DNA of 64,000 bases. Origin: Candidatus Latescibacterota bacterium (GTDB lineage: Bacteria > Latescibacterota > UBA2968). The notes under the pieces were generated by a model. The model was not told the origin of the DNA, ran no database searches, and saw only the letters and a program-made list of their open reading frames with translations. The translations under genes and the position numbers were made by a program. The stretch covers positions 608,001 through 672,000 of the forward strand of contig OZ242320.1 of NCBI GenBank assembly GCA_965208125.1, in the 5' to 3' direction. This document shows, one piece after another, positions 39,339 to 49,471 of this stretch (position 1 is the first letter of the stretch; each line of letters begins with the position of its first letter).

Positions 39339-39355
39339 CTCGAGGCTTAAAAAAA
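39320..39355. terminator. Intrinsic terminator hairpin
   Basis: AAGCCTCGAG-ATAA-CTCGAGGCTT with flanking A-tracts (U-tract for the minus-strand transcript). Confidence 0.75.
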
Positions 39356-39381
39356 TTTCTGTGTCGGGGTATTATTTACCA

Positions 39382-39603
39382 TCATTTAAAATAGATACCG
39401 ATTATACCGCCGATAATCACAGACAAGAGTCCCAATTGCCAATATAATAATTTATCTATACGGTTTGTCGTATTATCTATACGAGTTGATATGGCACGCA
39501 TATCTTGTCTATACTCGGCCTGATCTTTAACCATTTGCTCTACGATGCCTTCAAGCCGCCCAATGTGCCTATCCGTATCTTGTGATCGGTCTGTAACAGC
39601 CAT
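39382..39603 (-). CDS. Small coiled-coil protein with a C-terminal TM helix
   Basis: GAGGA RBS; IGRLEGIVEQM...STRIDNTTNRID + LLYWQLGLLSVIIGGIIGIYF; AT-rich. Confidence 0.65.
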   Translation of the reverse strand: MAVTDRSQDTDRHIGRLEGIVEQMVKDQAEYRQDMRAISTRIDNTTNRIDKLLYWQLGLLSVIIGGIIGIYFK

Positions 39604-39683
39604 ATCTTGTTCCTCTCGCGTTAGTCTATCCAAAAATATAGCATAAATACCTCTTGATCCAAAGGCAATTTTTTGTTATCCCG

Positions 39684-40772
39684 CTACGCCCATACCACAC
39701 GCGGCCCATCCACATAATCCAAAAAGCGATTCGCAATATCGGCCTGCGCCGTATCCCCCGTATGCACAATCACGCGCCAGCGAAACGTCATAGATGCGCC
39801 CTCGGGCAAATGGTGGTCGGGCTTGAACATCCAGCAATTGGGCGCAAACAAACCATAACCGCGCACATGCCATGTGGTTGGATATCGGAAATTCTGCGGA
39901 TGATCAAAAATGGCAAACCCCGCCACCTCATCGCCCACCGGACCGTAGTAATCCATCCAGTGTGAAGGCAGCGACCAGCACCCCGTCTCATCCGTCGCGC
40001 CATAGGCATTGCGCATCTCCCCATCGGCATTGGCATTCATCGACGGATTCACGCGAATACACAAAAATCCCCCCTCTTTCGTATCCCCAATCGTCACAGC
40101 ACCGTGCGAAGCCTTGAGCGTCAGCGCAACATCCAGAACCGCTGCATCTCGACCCGAATCGTACAACCGATACGAACGACTATCGCTCATCAGCGCGCGA
40201 TTGCCCTCATACCACGTATTTTTAGAAGCGATCACCAGGGACAATGCATTGTGCGAAATAGAAATATCATCCTGTGCCGTGCGCCCATATCCCGGTTGGT
40301 TGGGCCGCTCGTTCCAGCAATCCACCCCATTTATAGCCCCCTGCATCAGAGTCAAACCCCGCTGCCAGGGATGTTCACCCTCCCCCCATGCCGCCATTGG
40401 CTCGCGCAACATATTGGTCCCATTCGGCGTCAAAATCGGATTGATAACTGGCTTGGGATAATCCGTCGTATGGTGAAACGTCATAAATGGCGACCCCGAC
40501 AGAGAAACACTGAGCGCACCATCGGCATCGTGAGACGAAATCCCCGCAGCCGCATCTGCACTATCCAATGCCAACACCTCAAAATTCGCTTCCTCTCCCC
40601 CGTCCAGCGCGGGCAGAATGACGTGATACACAGGCGCAGACGGATCGCGTTCGGCAATCAGCACCTCACCTCTACCCTTCAACTGCAATAACGGAGCCTC
40701 ACATCCCTCTGGAGCAGAAAAGCTCGCCAGATGCGCCGGACGAGAACGCGGAATTGAAAGCGTCAATTTCAT
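39684..40772 (-). CDS. DUF6807 ('PmoA family') protein
   Basis: KP.I.PI..P.G, HPWQRGL, IGDTKEGG...R, IFDHPQN.RYPT.WHVR.YGLF. Confidence 0.8.
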   Translation of the reverse strand: MKLTLSIPRSRPAHLASFSAPEGCEAPLLQLKGRGEVLIAERDPSAPVYHVILPALDGGEEANFEVLALDSADAAAGISSHDADGALSVSLSGSPFMTFHHTTDYPKPVINPILTPNGTNMLREPMAAWGEGEHPWQRGLTLMQGAINGVDCWNERPNQPGYGRTAQDDISISHNALSLVIASKNTWYEGNRALMSDSRSYRLYDSGRDAAVLDVALTLKASHGAVTIGDTKEGGFLCIRVNPSMNANADGEMRNAYGATDETGCWSLPSHWMDYYGPVGDEVAGFAIFDHPQNFRYPTTWHVRGYGLFAPNCWMFKPDHHLPEGASMTFRWRVIVHTGDTAQADIANRFLDYVDGPRVVWA

Positions 40773-40884
40773 ATGTCAAAACTCCTCCACAATAATGAAA
40801 AAAATGATCCGACCATTGAAAAAAATGACCAAAAAATGACCAAAATCAGGCACTATCGCTCAGTTGTGCAAACACCGTGCCAGA

Positions 40885-43224
40885 CTACGGGTTTAACTCT
40901 AACTTGCTCTGTAAATTCTCCACTATATCTTCCCAATCCATCAGCAGGGGATGGTATTCATCGGCGGCCCACAATTCGGACTGCGTGCGATAATTTGGAC
41001 TGAGCGGATGTCCCGACTGTCCACCTGCCGCCGTCGCCATACTCTGCGCCGGATTGCTCATATCCACCACCATCCGATAGGTCGAAAGCGAACCTACTTT
41101 AAACAGACTACCAAAATTATACCCCGTCGCGCGTACAGTACCCGTACTCCCCGACGACTCAAAAGGCCCCACATCAAACATCTCTGACAACGCCCCGCCA
41201 TCACTCAGCGGATGCCGAAAAGTTACAGTGTGCAAACGCCCCCAGCGCCACTGTGATTTGCGCGGACCCACGCGTCGGCGCAACCAATCCAGCGCATCGC
41301 CCAATGCCGCATGCACCTCCCCATCCAGATCCCAATCGCCCGGCGTCCACTCCGACGCCTGGCCCATCAACACCTGCCGCGCCACACTACCACCTCGACC
41401 TACCACCAATTGAGCCACATGCTCGGGAAACCGAACTCGCACCACCCGCCGCACCCAGTGCTCCCAAAAAGTCGTAAACACCGTCGCCGCAATCGAATCA
41501 ACCGAATACGCGCCATCCCATTCGTGTAACAACTCACCCAGATCGCGCAAGCGTTTATTTCCCGCTCTCAGTGCAATCTCTGCGACAACTGGCGCCAGAT
41601 CTTCTCCCCGCCCATGAACAACATCGGCATGAATAGCACCCGTACTCTCCTGCGTATGCGTCTCCAACTCCTCAATACGCGCCCTAATCCGCCGAAACCG
41701 ATATCCCTCCGACCACGAACCCAGCGACAGATAAGGACCGCGACCACCCCACGGTGGATTATTTGCCGTCGCCACCCAATTGCGCTCGGGATCCACCAGA
41801 TGCGGCAACTCATCAAAAGCATGCGGCGCGCCCCATTCGCAATCCGGATCATTGGCTTTGCGGAACCCAAAATCTCCCACCTTGCGCGTTGGCACATGCC
41901 CAACCACATGATATCCAAGCCGTCCATTGGAATCGGCAAACACAAAATTCAAAATGGGCATCGGCCATTTGGCGAGCGCATCCAGAACCTGCGCGACATT
42001 TTTTGACCGCATCAGCCCCAGCATCGCCTCAAACCCCGTTGTCGCCTCAGACCCTATCCAGCGCATAGACAATTGCTCTCCATCACCTGCAGCAGGCACA
42101 AACTCATTGACAACCGGGCCGCGACGGGATCGGCGAATCACCAGTACATCCGCTGCGGCATCGCGCACGGGAATCGCCTGCTCCTCCACCTCAAACGGAC
42201 GCCATGCATCGCCATCCCGGTACAAATTCTCATCCTCCGCCGACACATCTTCGACGTATAAATCGCGCACCGAAGCCGAGTGATTGGTCACACCCCAGGC
42301 CGTATCGCGCGTATGCCCCAGATAAATACCCGGCGTCCCCAAAAAAAACGCGCCCACAGCATCCATACCCGGCGCGCGCACCTGAGCCTGGTACCATTGC
42401 CTGCACAAACTCACATCATTGTGCGGATCAGTTGCCAGAACGGGTTTGCCATTCGCCGTTCGCTCTCCCCCAATCACCCAATTATTGCTGCCAATCCCCG
42501 TATCGTATCCCCCCACACCGGCCGGTTCATCAGACGGAACAATGGTCTCTTCTGAAGCCTCTGTAGTCAAAAACAAATCGAACAAATCGGGAGGCAAATG
42601 GCGTTTGGCCGCCTCATTCACCGCAACCGCACTCAGTCGCCCCGTCAGCATCCACCACCGCCATTTCCATATCGCAATCGAATCCACCACCGTCCACGGC
42701 GCGGGATCGTAATCCAGCAAATCGAACTCAACACAACGCCGATCACCCATCGCTTCCATCCACGCATTGATACCACCGCCCAGCGACTGCAACACCATCT
42801 TCACCTCATCCGACATCGCCGAAGCCGCCCCCTGTGCCGCACGCGTCAAACCAATCGTACGATGCAAGCGATCCTGCGCCAGACAATCCGCTCCCAAAAT
42901 CTCCGACAATTGCCCATGTGCCAACCGCCGCATATAATCCATCTGCCACAGCCGATCCTGCGCCATCGCATATCCCAGCGCAGTAAAACAATCCGCCAGC
43001 GAAGCCGCCTCGATATGCGCCACGCCCCACCGGTCGCGCAACACCGTCACCGATTGATCAACCGGTGCTTTTACCGTCTCCTGTGTCCCGGGCAATTTCT
43101 GGCGCAAAAACCGCCGCTGAAAATCCAGAAAGGCCCTGCGCGAAATATCCAATTGATCGGCTGCCTCATCAACAGTTATATCGCCCCGCATCGCCTGCAT
43201 CAAAACAGTTTTTCGGTCTGCCAT
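40885..43224 (-). CDS. Penicillin/AHL acylase family Ntn hydrolase with an N-terminal HTH-like extension
   Basis: RDRWGVAHI, GYAMAQDRLWQMD..RR, GSNNW, DPH, WRWGRLH, GQSGHP.SP.Y. Confidence 0.9.
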   Translation of the reverse strand: MADRKTVLMQAMRGDITVDEAADQLDISRRAFLDFQRRFLRQKLPGTQETVKAPVDQSVTVLRDRWGVAHIEAASLADCFTALGYAMAQDRLWQMDYMRRLAHGQLSEILGADCLAQDRLHRTIGLTRAAQGAASAMSDEVKMVLQSLGGGINAWMEAMGDRRCVEFDLLDYDPAPWTVVDSIAIWKWRWWMLTGRLSAVAVNEAAKRHLPPDLFDLFLTTEASEETIVPSDEPAGVGGYDTGIGSNNWVIGGERTANGKPVLATDPHNDVSLCRQWYQAQVRAPGMDAVGAFFLGTPGIYLGHTRDTAWGVTNHSASVRDLYVEDVSAEDENLYRDGDAWRPFEVEEQAIPVRDAAADVLVIRRSRRGPVVNEFVPAAGDGEQLSMRWIGSEATTGFEAMLGLMRSKNVAQVLDALAKWPMPILNFVFADSNGRLGYHVVGHVPTRKVGDFGFRKANDPDCEWGAPHAFDELPHLVDPERNWVATANNPPWGGRGPYLSLGSWSEGYRFRRIRARIEELETHTQESTGAIHADVVHGRGEDLAPVVAEIALRAGNKRLRDLGELLHEWDGAYSVDSIAATVFTTFWEHWVRRVVRVRFPEHVAQLVVGRGGSVARQVLMGQASEWTPGDWDLDGEVHAALGDALDWLRRRVGPRKSQWRWGRLHTVTFRHPLSDGGALSEMFDVGPFESSGSTGTVRATGYNFGSLFKVGSLSTYRMVVDMSNPAQSMATAAGGQSGHPLSPNYRTQSELWAADEYHPLLMDWEDIVENLQSKLELNP

Positions 43225-43246
43225 AGTCCCCTCCAATACCTCAATC

Positions 43247-44704
43247 TCACCGTTCACAATAAGGATTGGAATTCGGATCGTACCACGCGAACAATCGCGC
43301 CAGCAAATCCGCACGAATAGCTGCAAAATCTCGATTGTCAATCAAATTGATACACTCGCCTGGATCATTTTCCAAATCGTATAATTCATGCCGCGAACCA
43401 CCATCATTATAAACGCACTTAAACCGTTCGTCCCGCACCATATATTGGGGTATAGAAGAGCGCAACCCATGCTCGGAAAACGCGGCATCGGGACCTGGCG
43501 TGTCGGGATCGCGCACGATACTGGCAAAACTCTTCGCATCCATTGTATCGCGAGCACCATCAAAATCCACCAGCGTCGTCCGCTCTGGTGCCGACAACCC
43601 ACACAACTCCGAAAGCGTGGGATATAGCCCAAAATATTCGGTCAACGCAGAAGCTATCCGACCCTCTGGAAAACGAGACGGACAACTCACGATCAAAGGC
43701 ACCTTCACCGCAGGCTCAAACATACAAAACTTCTGATACAACCCGTGCTCACCGCCCATCTCGCCGTGATCCGAAGTATATACCACAATCGTATCTTCCA
43801 CCAGCCCCAACTCCTCCAGCCCATCCAGCACGCGCCCGATACAATAATCGACAAAAGATAGATTGCCCATATACCCCGCCTTATGCGCCCGAAGACGCTT
43901 TTCACCCATACCCTGCGTCCTATCAATGCGTTGTTGTATATGCCTCGGATACTGCGAACTATCCCCCACCTCCACCAGATCTACCGATCCCGGCGGAAAC
44001 TGCTCTGCCCATTCGCGAGGCGGGTAAAAAGGCGGATGGGGCTTCATAAAACTCGCCACCAGAAAAAACGGCTGATCGCGATATTCGCGCATAAACTTCA
44101 CAGACTCGCGCGCCACAAACATATCCAGATGATCCTCGGCATCGAGCGGCGAAGCCGTACTCGAAAAATCCCACTGCGCCACATTGCCCGCCCATGGACT
44201 TGCGCCATCCCACAGCACCGACACATCGGGAAACCCACTACCCGTATCAAAAACCGAATTGAAAAACCCCTCGCCTATCGCGTGATTGGCAATCTCATTC
44301 GCATAATGCCCGACCTTTGGCCCCAAATACATCAACCAATCGTTAATCGACAAATACGACGCAAAACCGTGGTTATGTGCATCGTTAAAATGCATCTTGC
44401 CGATCAAACTCGTCAAATATCCGTGATCGGCAAAATGATGTGCCACCGTGCGATAGCGCCAATCCAGCCGATCATTATTATTAATAGCCCCCGTATTATG
44501 TGCGTACAAACCCGTCAACAACGACATACGCGAAGCCGTACACACCGGATAGGGACAATAGGCATTCTCAAACCGCACCCCACGCGCAGCCACGCGATCT
44601 ATCATCGGCGTAGGCACCGTATTATTCCCGGCACACGTCATCCAATCCGCGCGGTGCTGATCGGTCATCAAAATGAGAACATTGGGGCGATTGCTATAAT
44701 CCAA
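43247..44704 (-). CDS. Cys-type sulfatase (choline-sulfatase-like)
   Basis: PNVLILMTDQHR, CTASRMSLLTG, GKMH, KPHPP, SDHGE. Confidence 0.92.
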   Translation of the reverse strand: MDYSNRPNVLILMTDQHRADWMTCAGNNTVPTPMIDRVAARGVRFENAYCPYPVCTASRMSLLTGLYAHNTGAINNNDRLDWRYRTVAHHFADHGYLTSLIGKMHFNDAHNHGFASYLSINDWLMYLGPKVGHYANEIANHAIGEGFFNSVFDTGSGFPDVSVLWDGASPWAGNVAQWDFSSTASPLDAEDHLDMFVARESVKFMREYRDQPFFLVASFMKPHPPFYPPREWAEQFPPGSVDLVEVGDSSQYPRHIQQRIDRTQGMGEKRLRAHKAGYMGNLSFVDYCIGRVLDGLEELGLVEDTIVVYTSDHGEMGGEHGLYQKFCMFEPAVKVPLIVSCPSRFPEGRIASALTEYFGLYPTLSELCGLSAPERTTLVDFDGARDTMDAKSFASIVRDPDTPGPDAAFSEHGLRSSIPQYMVRDERFKCVYNDGGSRHELYDLENDPGECINLIDNRDFAAIRADLLARLFAWYDPNSNPYCER

Positions 44705-44730
44705 GATATGACCTCCTAACTCAAAAGAAC

Positions 44731-45555
44731 CTATTCCTCAGGCATCTCAACCGGCAAATCCAGCCGGTCACCCCACTCTTTCCACGATCCAATATAATTT
44801 CGGACCTTTTCATAACCCAGCAACCGCAATGCCAGGTACGTTTGGGAAGAGCGGTACCCGCCCTGTCAGTAAGGCACAATTTCCTTATCGGGCGAAATAC
44901 CCACAGCCTCGTACATCGCCCGCAATTCATCCGCTGGCTTAAACGCCCCCGTCTCATCCAGATTATTCACATACTCAACATGCACAGCACCTGGAATAGC
45001 CCCCCCGCGCGCCGCACGCACATTGCGCCCGAAATACTCATCGTCACCCCGCGTATCCAGAGGCACAACATCCTCGCGCCCCAAAAGACCATTTAAAACA
45101 TCCGCCCCCATGTGACGCCCCGGCACCGCAGATATGACAAACTCCGCGGGCGCTGCCTCCTCACAATCCGTAGTCAATCCATAACCCATGGCCGTCCAGG
45201 CATTGCATCCCCCGTCCAGCACGCGCACATCGGGATGACCCAAATATTCACAAATCCAAAAACCGCGCGACGCGCGCACCCCGGAATCATCCTCGTACCA
45301 GACCACCGTCTTATCCGTACCAATACCCCGATTGCCGAACAAATAACCGAGCATCCACATAAACGCATCAAAAGCCTGTTCGCGGGTATCGTTCAAACTG
45401 ATCGCGTAAAGATCCAGATGAAGCGCACCCGGAATATGCCCGGCAACATAAGCATGTGTCGGCCGCGTATCCACAATACAAACATCGGCAGCCCTCTCAT
45501 ACAAATCCCGCGGCGAAATCAACAACTCGGGATTCACATACCCTTTATCGCTCAT
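44731..45555 (-). CDS. Two-domain rhodanese/sulfurtransferase with in-frame UGA at the catalytic Cys (probable Sec)
   Basis: GHIPGA, VRVLDGG, GAIPGA; ...[42 protein letters not shown] continues in frame to TAG at 44731; AAGGAGG RBS. Confidence 0.85.
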
Positions 45556-45671
45556 AATCACCTCCTTGCAATTTTCAAAACCCGAACCAAAAACCAACTC
45601 ATGTGTTCTATCACTTGACAATATCCCCTACCAATATCCATATTAAACGCCTAAACACCAGGAGACACTAT

Positions 45672-46538
45672 ATGAAAGGCATCTTACTCGCAGGAGGGGC
45701 TGGCACCCGCCTCTATCCCATCACGCGCGTGGTCAGCAAACAACTCCAGCCCGTTTACGACAAACCCATGATCTACTATCCCCTCTCCGTCCTCATGCTG
45801 GCCGGCATCCGCGATATTTTGATCATCTCCACCCCCCACGACCTGCCCCTCTACAGGCGTTTATTCGACGACGGCTCCTATCTCGGCCTCAACATCACAT
45901 ACGCCGAACAACCGCGCCCCGAAGGCGTTGCCCAGTCATTTGTGATCGGAAGCGATTTTATAGGCACCGACCCCGTCTGTTTAATCTTCGGCGACAACAT
46001 CTTCTACGGCCATGGACTCGGCGCAATATTAGATCGAGCCGGAAAACTCACCAAAGGCGGTCTCATCTTCGGATATGCAGTAACCGACCCCGAACGATAT
46101 GGCGTCATCGAATTTGACAGCGAAGGCCGTATCATTGGCATAGAAGAAAAACCCGAACACCCCAAATCGCGCTACGCCGTACCCGGCCTCTATTTTTACG
46201 ACAATCAGGTCGTTGACATCGCCAAAAACCTCACGCCTTCAGCGCGCGGAGAATACGAAATCACCGATGTAAACGGAGAATACCTCAAACGCAAGCAACT
46301 CGAAGTCGAACTCCTCGGCCGCGGGTATTGCTGGCTCGACACCGGCACATTTGAATCGCTTCACCAGGCATCGGGATTTGTCCAGGCAATTCAAGAACGC
46401 CAGGGCCTCAAAATTGCGTGCATCGAAGAAATCGCCTATCGCCGAGGATACATCGACGCTGCACAACTCGAACAACTCGCACAAACAATGGCGCAAAACA
46501 GCTACGGCCAATTCCTATTATCAGTCCTGAACGAATAG
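45672..46538 (+). CDS. rfbA: Glucose-1-phosphate thymidylyltransferase
   Basis: [41 protein letters not shown]. Confidence 0.95.
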   Translation: MKGILLAGGAGTRLYPITRVVSKQLQPVYDKPMIYYPLSVLMLAGIRDILIISTPHDLPLYRRLFDDGSYLGLNITYAEQPRPEGVAQSFVIGSDFIGTDPVCLIFGDNIFYGHGLGAILDRAGKLTKGGLIFGYAVTDPERYGVIEFDSEGRIIGIEEKPEHPKSRYAVPGLYFYDNQVVDIAKNLTPSARGEYEITDVNGEYLKRKQLEVELLGRGYCWLDTGTFESLHQASGFVQAIQERQGLKIACIEEIAYRRGYIDAAQLEQLAQTMAQNSYGQFLLSVLNE

Positions 46539-46559
46539 ACGAACCCTACCACCACCCAA

Positions 46560-46587
46560 CGGGCGGGCACAGGGGCACCGCCCCTAC
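46560..46587. repeat. GTAG-type REP-like element; supplies the TAG stop of the amidase gene
   Basis: CGGGCGGGCACAGGGGCACCGCCCCTAC. Confidence 0.6.
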
Positions 46588-49391
46588 ATTACTATCGGAT
46601 GCATCGCGTGCCAATCGGTAGCCTGTTCATAGGCTCGTGCAACAGCGAGAATCGTCGCCTCATCGTACAAATTGCCCAAAAAAGTCAACCCTCTCGGCGT
46701 ACCCTCGGCAAACCCACAGGGCAAAATCACCGCGGGATGGCCCGTCAAATTTGTCACAGCCAAACTCGTCCTTCCACCGCGCGGCACCAGCACCGCATCC
46801 CAGTCTTGCATCACCTGCGCCACATCGCGCATCAACAGAGCACGCAAACGCTGCGCCCGCAAATACTCCACAGCCGTCACCGTGCGCGCCGCCCGAAAAG
46901 TATTGGGCCACGAACTCTTATCCGACTCCGTCATCACATCCAGTTCTCCGCACAGGGTTGCATCGTCAAACATCGCGGCAGCCTCAACCCGCAGCACCAT
47001 CGCAATCGCATCCGTCGGATAATCCGGCAACGCAACCGGTTGTAAATCAGCGCCCAAACCGCGCATCTCGTCCAGCGCAGCGGCATAAATACCAGTGGGA
47101 TCTTCCCCATCTGCCTCCTTCCGAAACTCAGACACCAGATATCCAATCCGCAACCCGGATAAATCCACATCGGGACACCAGTTAAACGGCGCATCCACCA
47201 CCGAACGATCCTTTCCATCCGGTCCACAAATCGCGTGAAACACCGCAGCACAATCCTCTACACTTCGGCACATAGGCCCCAATTTATCCATTGTCCAGCT
47301 CAGAGCCATCGCCCCGTAACGACTCACCCGCCCATAAGTCGGGCGCAACCCAACCACACCGCATGTGTGACTGGGCGAAACAATAGAACCTTGCGTTTCT
47401 GACCCGATACTGAACCCCACCAATCCCGCCGCGGTTGCCGCGCCAGACCCGGCTGACGACCCACTCGATCCCGTCTCGGTATCCCACGGATTGCGCGTCA
47501 TCCCCTCAAACCACGTCGGCCCCGACGCCAGCGCGCCCAGTGACAACTTGGCAACCAGCACAGCACCCGCCTGTCTCAATTTTTTCACCACACTCGCATC
47601 CTCATCCGGCACTCGATCTCTAAACGGCGTAGCCCCCCACGTCGTGCGAATACCCTTTGTACTCAACAAATCTTTCGCACCCCAGGGAATACCGTGCAAC
47701 GGACCTCTATAATCTCCCCTTGCAATCTCCGCCTCAGCGGCTTTTGCCTGTTCCATCGCCAGATCTTCTGTCAGCGTAACCACACACTTCAACTTCTCCC
47801 CATAACGCGCAAGGCGATCCAGATACAACCGCGTCAATTCAACCGGTGAAATCTCCCTCTGCGCAATCAAACGCGCAAGAGAACTCGCCGGCAAAAAAGC
47901 CAGCTCATCATCGTCATCTGGCCGCGCAATATTGGCGTCACTCAGCACAAACGGCTGCTGCTCGCCCTCGGGCACATCCCCCGGCGCAAACACCAGAGGT
48001 GGCTCCACATCATATCCCACCGACACATTGCGCAAAGCAGCATATTGCCGCCCCTGCCTTTCAATTTGCCCCCGTACCTTTTGCCATTGCGCCCTGGAAA
48101 ATGGCAACCGGGCAACATCTGCCAAACCCGACACTGCGCGATCCACCAGTGCATTCTCGCGCTCGGCAACCCCATCTAAAAACACATGTCGAATTTCCGT
48201 ATCGATATCCGGGCTGCATCCCTCACCTATCTCACCGTGCGTGTACAAAAGCTGGGGGACTCCGATCTTGTTCGCGGGCGTAGCACAACGCTCCAAACTC
48301 GGCAACCAATCCGACACTGTCTCATCCTCCGGCGAAACCCGGTACGCCCGCCAGGTCTCCCCCACATCCCGCGAAGTGAACAACACAATAGCATTTGTCG
48401 GATCGGCCCAATCTCCGCCGCGCTTACACACCACACCCGCCGCGTACAGCACCCCATCCTTTGACACACTCAACACACACCGATCTGACATCGCACACCG
48501 CCCAAAAACTTTCTCAGCCAAAGGCAAAAAAGACTTCCGCTTCCACTTCCCCTTTTTCCAGCGATACAAAAACGTCTCCTCAAACTCGCCCTCTCGCCGG
48601 TTCAACGTAAAAAGCACCACATCGCCCGCACAGGCCACCACATTGCCAATACGAACATCGAACCCATCGCTGTATTCAATCACACACGGAGAATCCGGCG
48701 TCACGGGCAAGTCGAGCCTCTCCCCCGCCACAGTCTCCCAGGTCTCACCCCAATCGCGCGACCGCATAATGCCAAACCCGCGGCCCTTTGTATCCCCCGG
48801 ATTATCCTCATTGCTCCGCGCCAGATGAAAAGACAAATACAGCACATCTCCTTCAATATGGATACAATTCTCAAGATGCACATAAGCCGGCGGTCCCTGA
48901 GGATCAACCAACTTCACCGGCACTGTCCAATCTCCATCCACAGACCGCTTCTGATAAAACAGACCCCAGGGCCGTTCGCGCTCATACGCCCCCCGATAAC
49001 ACGCATGCAACACATCGCGCGCATCGCACACCAGACTGGGATAAGTCGCATTCACACCGCCAAACGGGGGAAACAGTCTCCACTTAGACGCATCATTGGG
49101 ACGCACACTCACCGCGTGTTGCATCGGATTGTGATGCGGACCAAACGCGAGATAGAGATACCCCTTCGAATCCATTGTCATTGCCGCGCCCGCGTGATTG
49201 TCATCGCCATCTGCCACAAAAACTGGATCGCTCCACGTTTTCGCCTCGTGACAATATGTAGCCACATACGTCTTGTGAATCTGATCCAGCCACACCACAT
49301 GCGTCTTGCCCTCATGCGTAATAATTTTATTGCTCATCCCATAAGCCGTGCCGCGCGTCGAGCCAGTCTTTGACAAAACAGTGTATTCCAT
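46584..49391 (-). CDS. BNR/sialidase-like propeller fused to an amidase-signature enzyme
   Basis: DDNH, ATYP, Asp-boxes SRDWGETW and SRDVGETW; then GPLHGIPWGAKD, GSSGSSAGS, GSETQGSI. Confidence 0.85.
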   Translation of the reverse strand: MEYTVLSKTGSTRGTAYGMSNKIITHEGKTHVVWLDQIHKTYVATYCHEAKTWSDPVFVADGDDNHAGAAMTMDSKGYLYLAFGPHHNPMQHAVSVRPNDASKWRLFPPFGGVNATYPSLVCDARDVLHACYRGAYERERPWGLFYQKRSVDGDWTVPVKLVDPQGPPAYVHLENCIHIEGDVLYLSFHLARSNEDNPGDTKGRGFGIMRSRDWGETWETVAGERLDLPVTPDSPCVIEYSDGFDVRIGNVVACAGDVVLFTLNRREGEFEETFLYRWKKGKWKRKSFLPLAEKVFGRCAMSDRCVLSVSKDGVLYAAGVVCKRGGDWADPTNAIVLFTSRDVGETWRAYRVSPEDETVSDWLPSLERCATPANKIGVPQLLYTHGEIGEGCSPDIDTEIRHVFLDGVAERENALVDRAVSGLADVARLPFSRAQWQKVRGQIERQGRQYAALRNVSVGYDVEPPLVFAPGDVPEGEQQPFVLSDANIARPDDDDELAFLPASSLARLIAQREISPVELTRLYLDRLARYGEKLKCVVTLTEDLAMEQAKAAEAEIARGDYRGPLHGIPWGAKDLLSTKGIRTTWGATPFRDRVPDEDASVVKKLRQAGAVLVAKLSLGALASGPTWFEGMTRNPWDTETGSSGSSAGSGAATAAGLVGFSIGSETQGSIVSPSHTCGVVGLRPTYGRVSRYGAMALSWTMDKLGPMCRSVEDCAAVFHAICGPDGKDRSVVDAPFNWCPDVDLSGLRIGYLVSEFRKEADGEDPTGIYAAALDEMRGLGADLQPVALPDYPTDAIAMVLRVEAAAMFDDATLCGELDVMTESDKSSWPNTFRAARTVTAVEYLRAQRLRALLMRDVAQVMQDWDAVLVPRGGRTSLAVTNLTGHPAVILPCGFAEGTPRGLTFLGNLYDEATILAVARAYEQATDWHAMHPIVM

Positions 49392-49471
49392 AACACAACC
49401 CTCGGTATTGTTGCGTTCTTTCTCACGACCTGCTATAATAGACATCATCAACTTCACACGAAAGGAAGAAT

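Noticed and set aside
39684-40772. Methane monooxygenase subunit
   Set aside because: The 'PmoA' family label is a misnomer for this soluble DUF6807-type protein; no TM helices and no pmoB/pmoC
45672-46538. Polysaccharide or rhamnose biosynthesis cluster
   Set aside because: rfbA stands alone; no rfbB/C/D or glycosyltransferases adjacent
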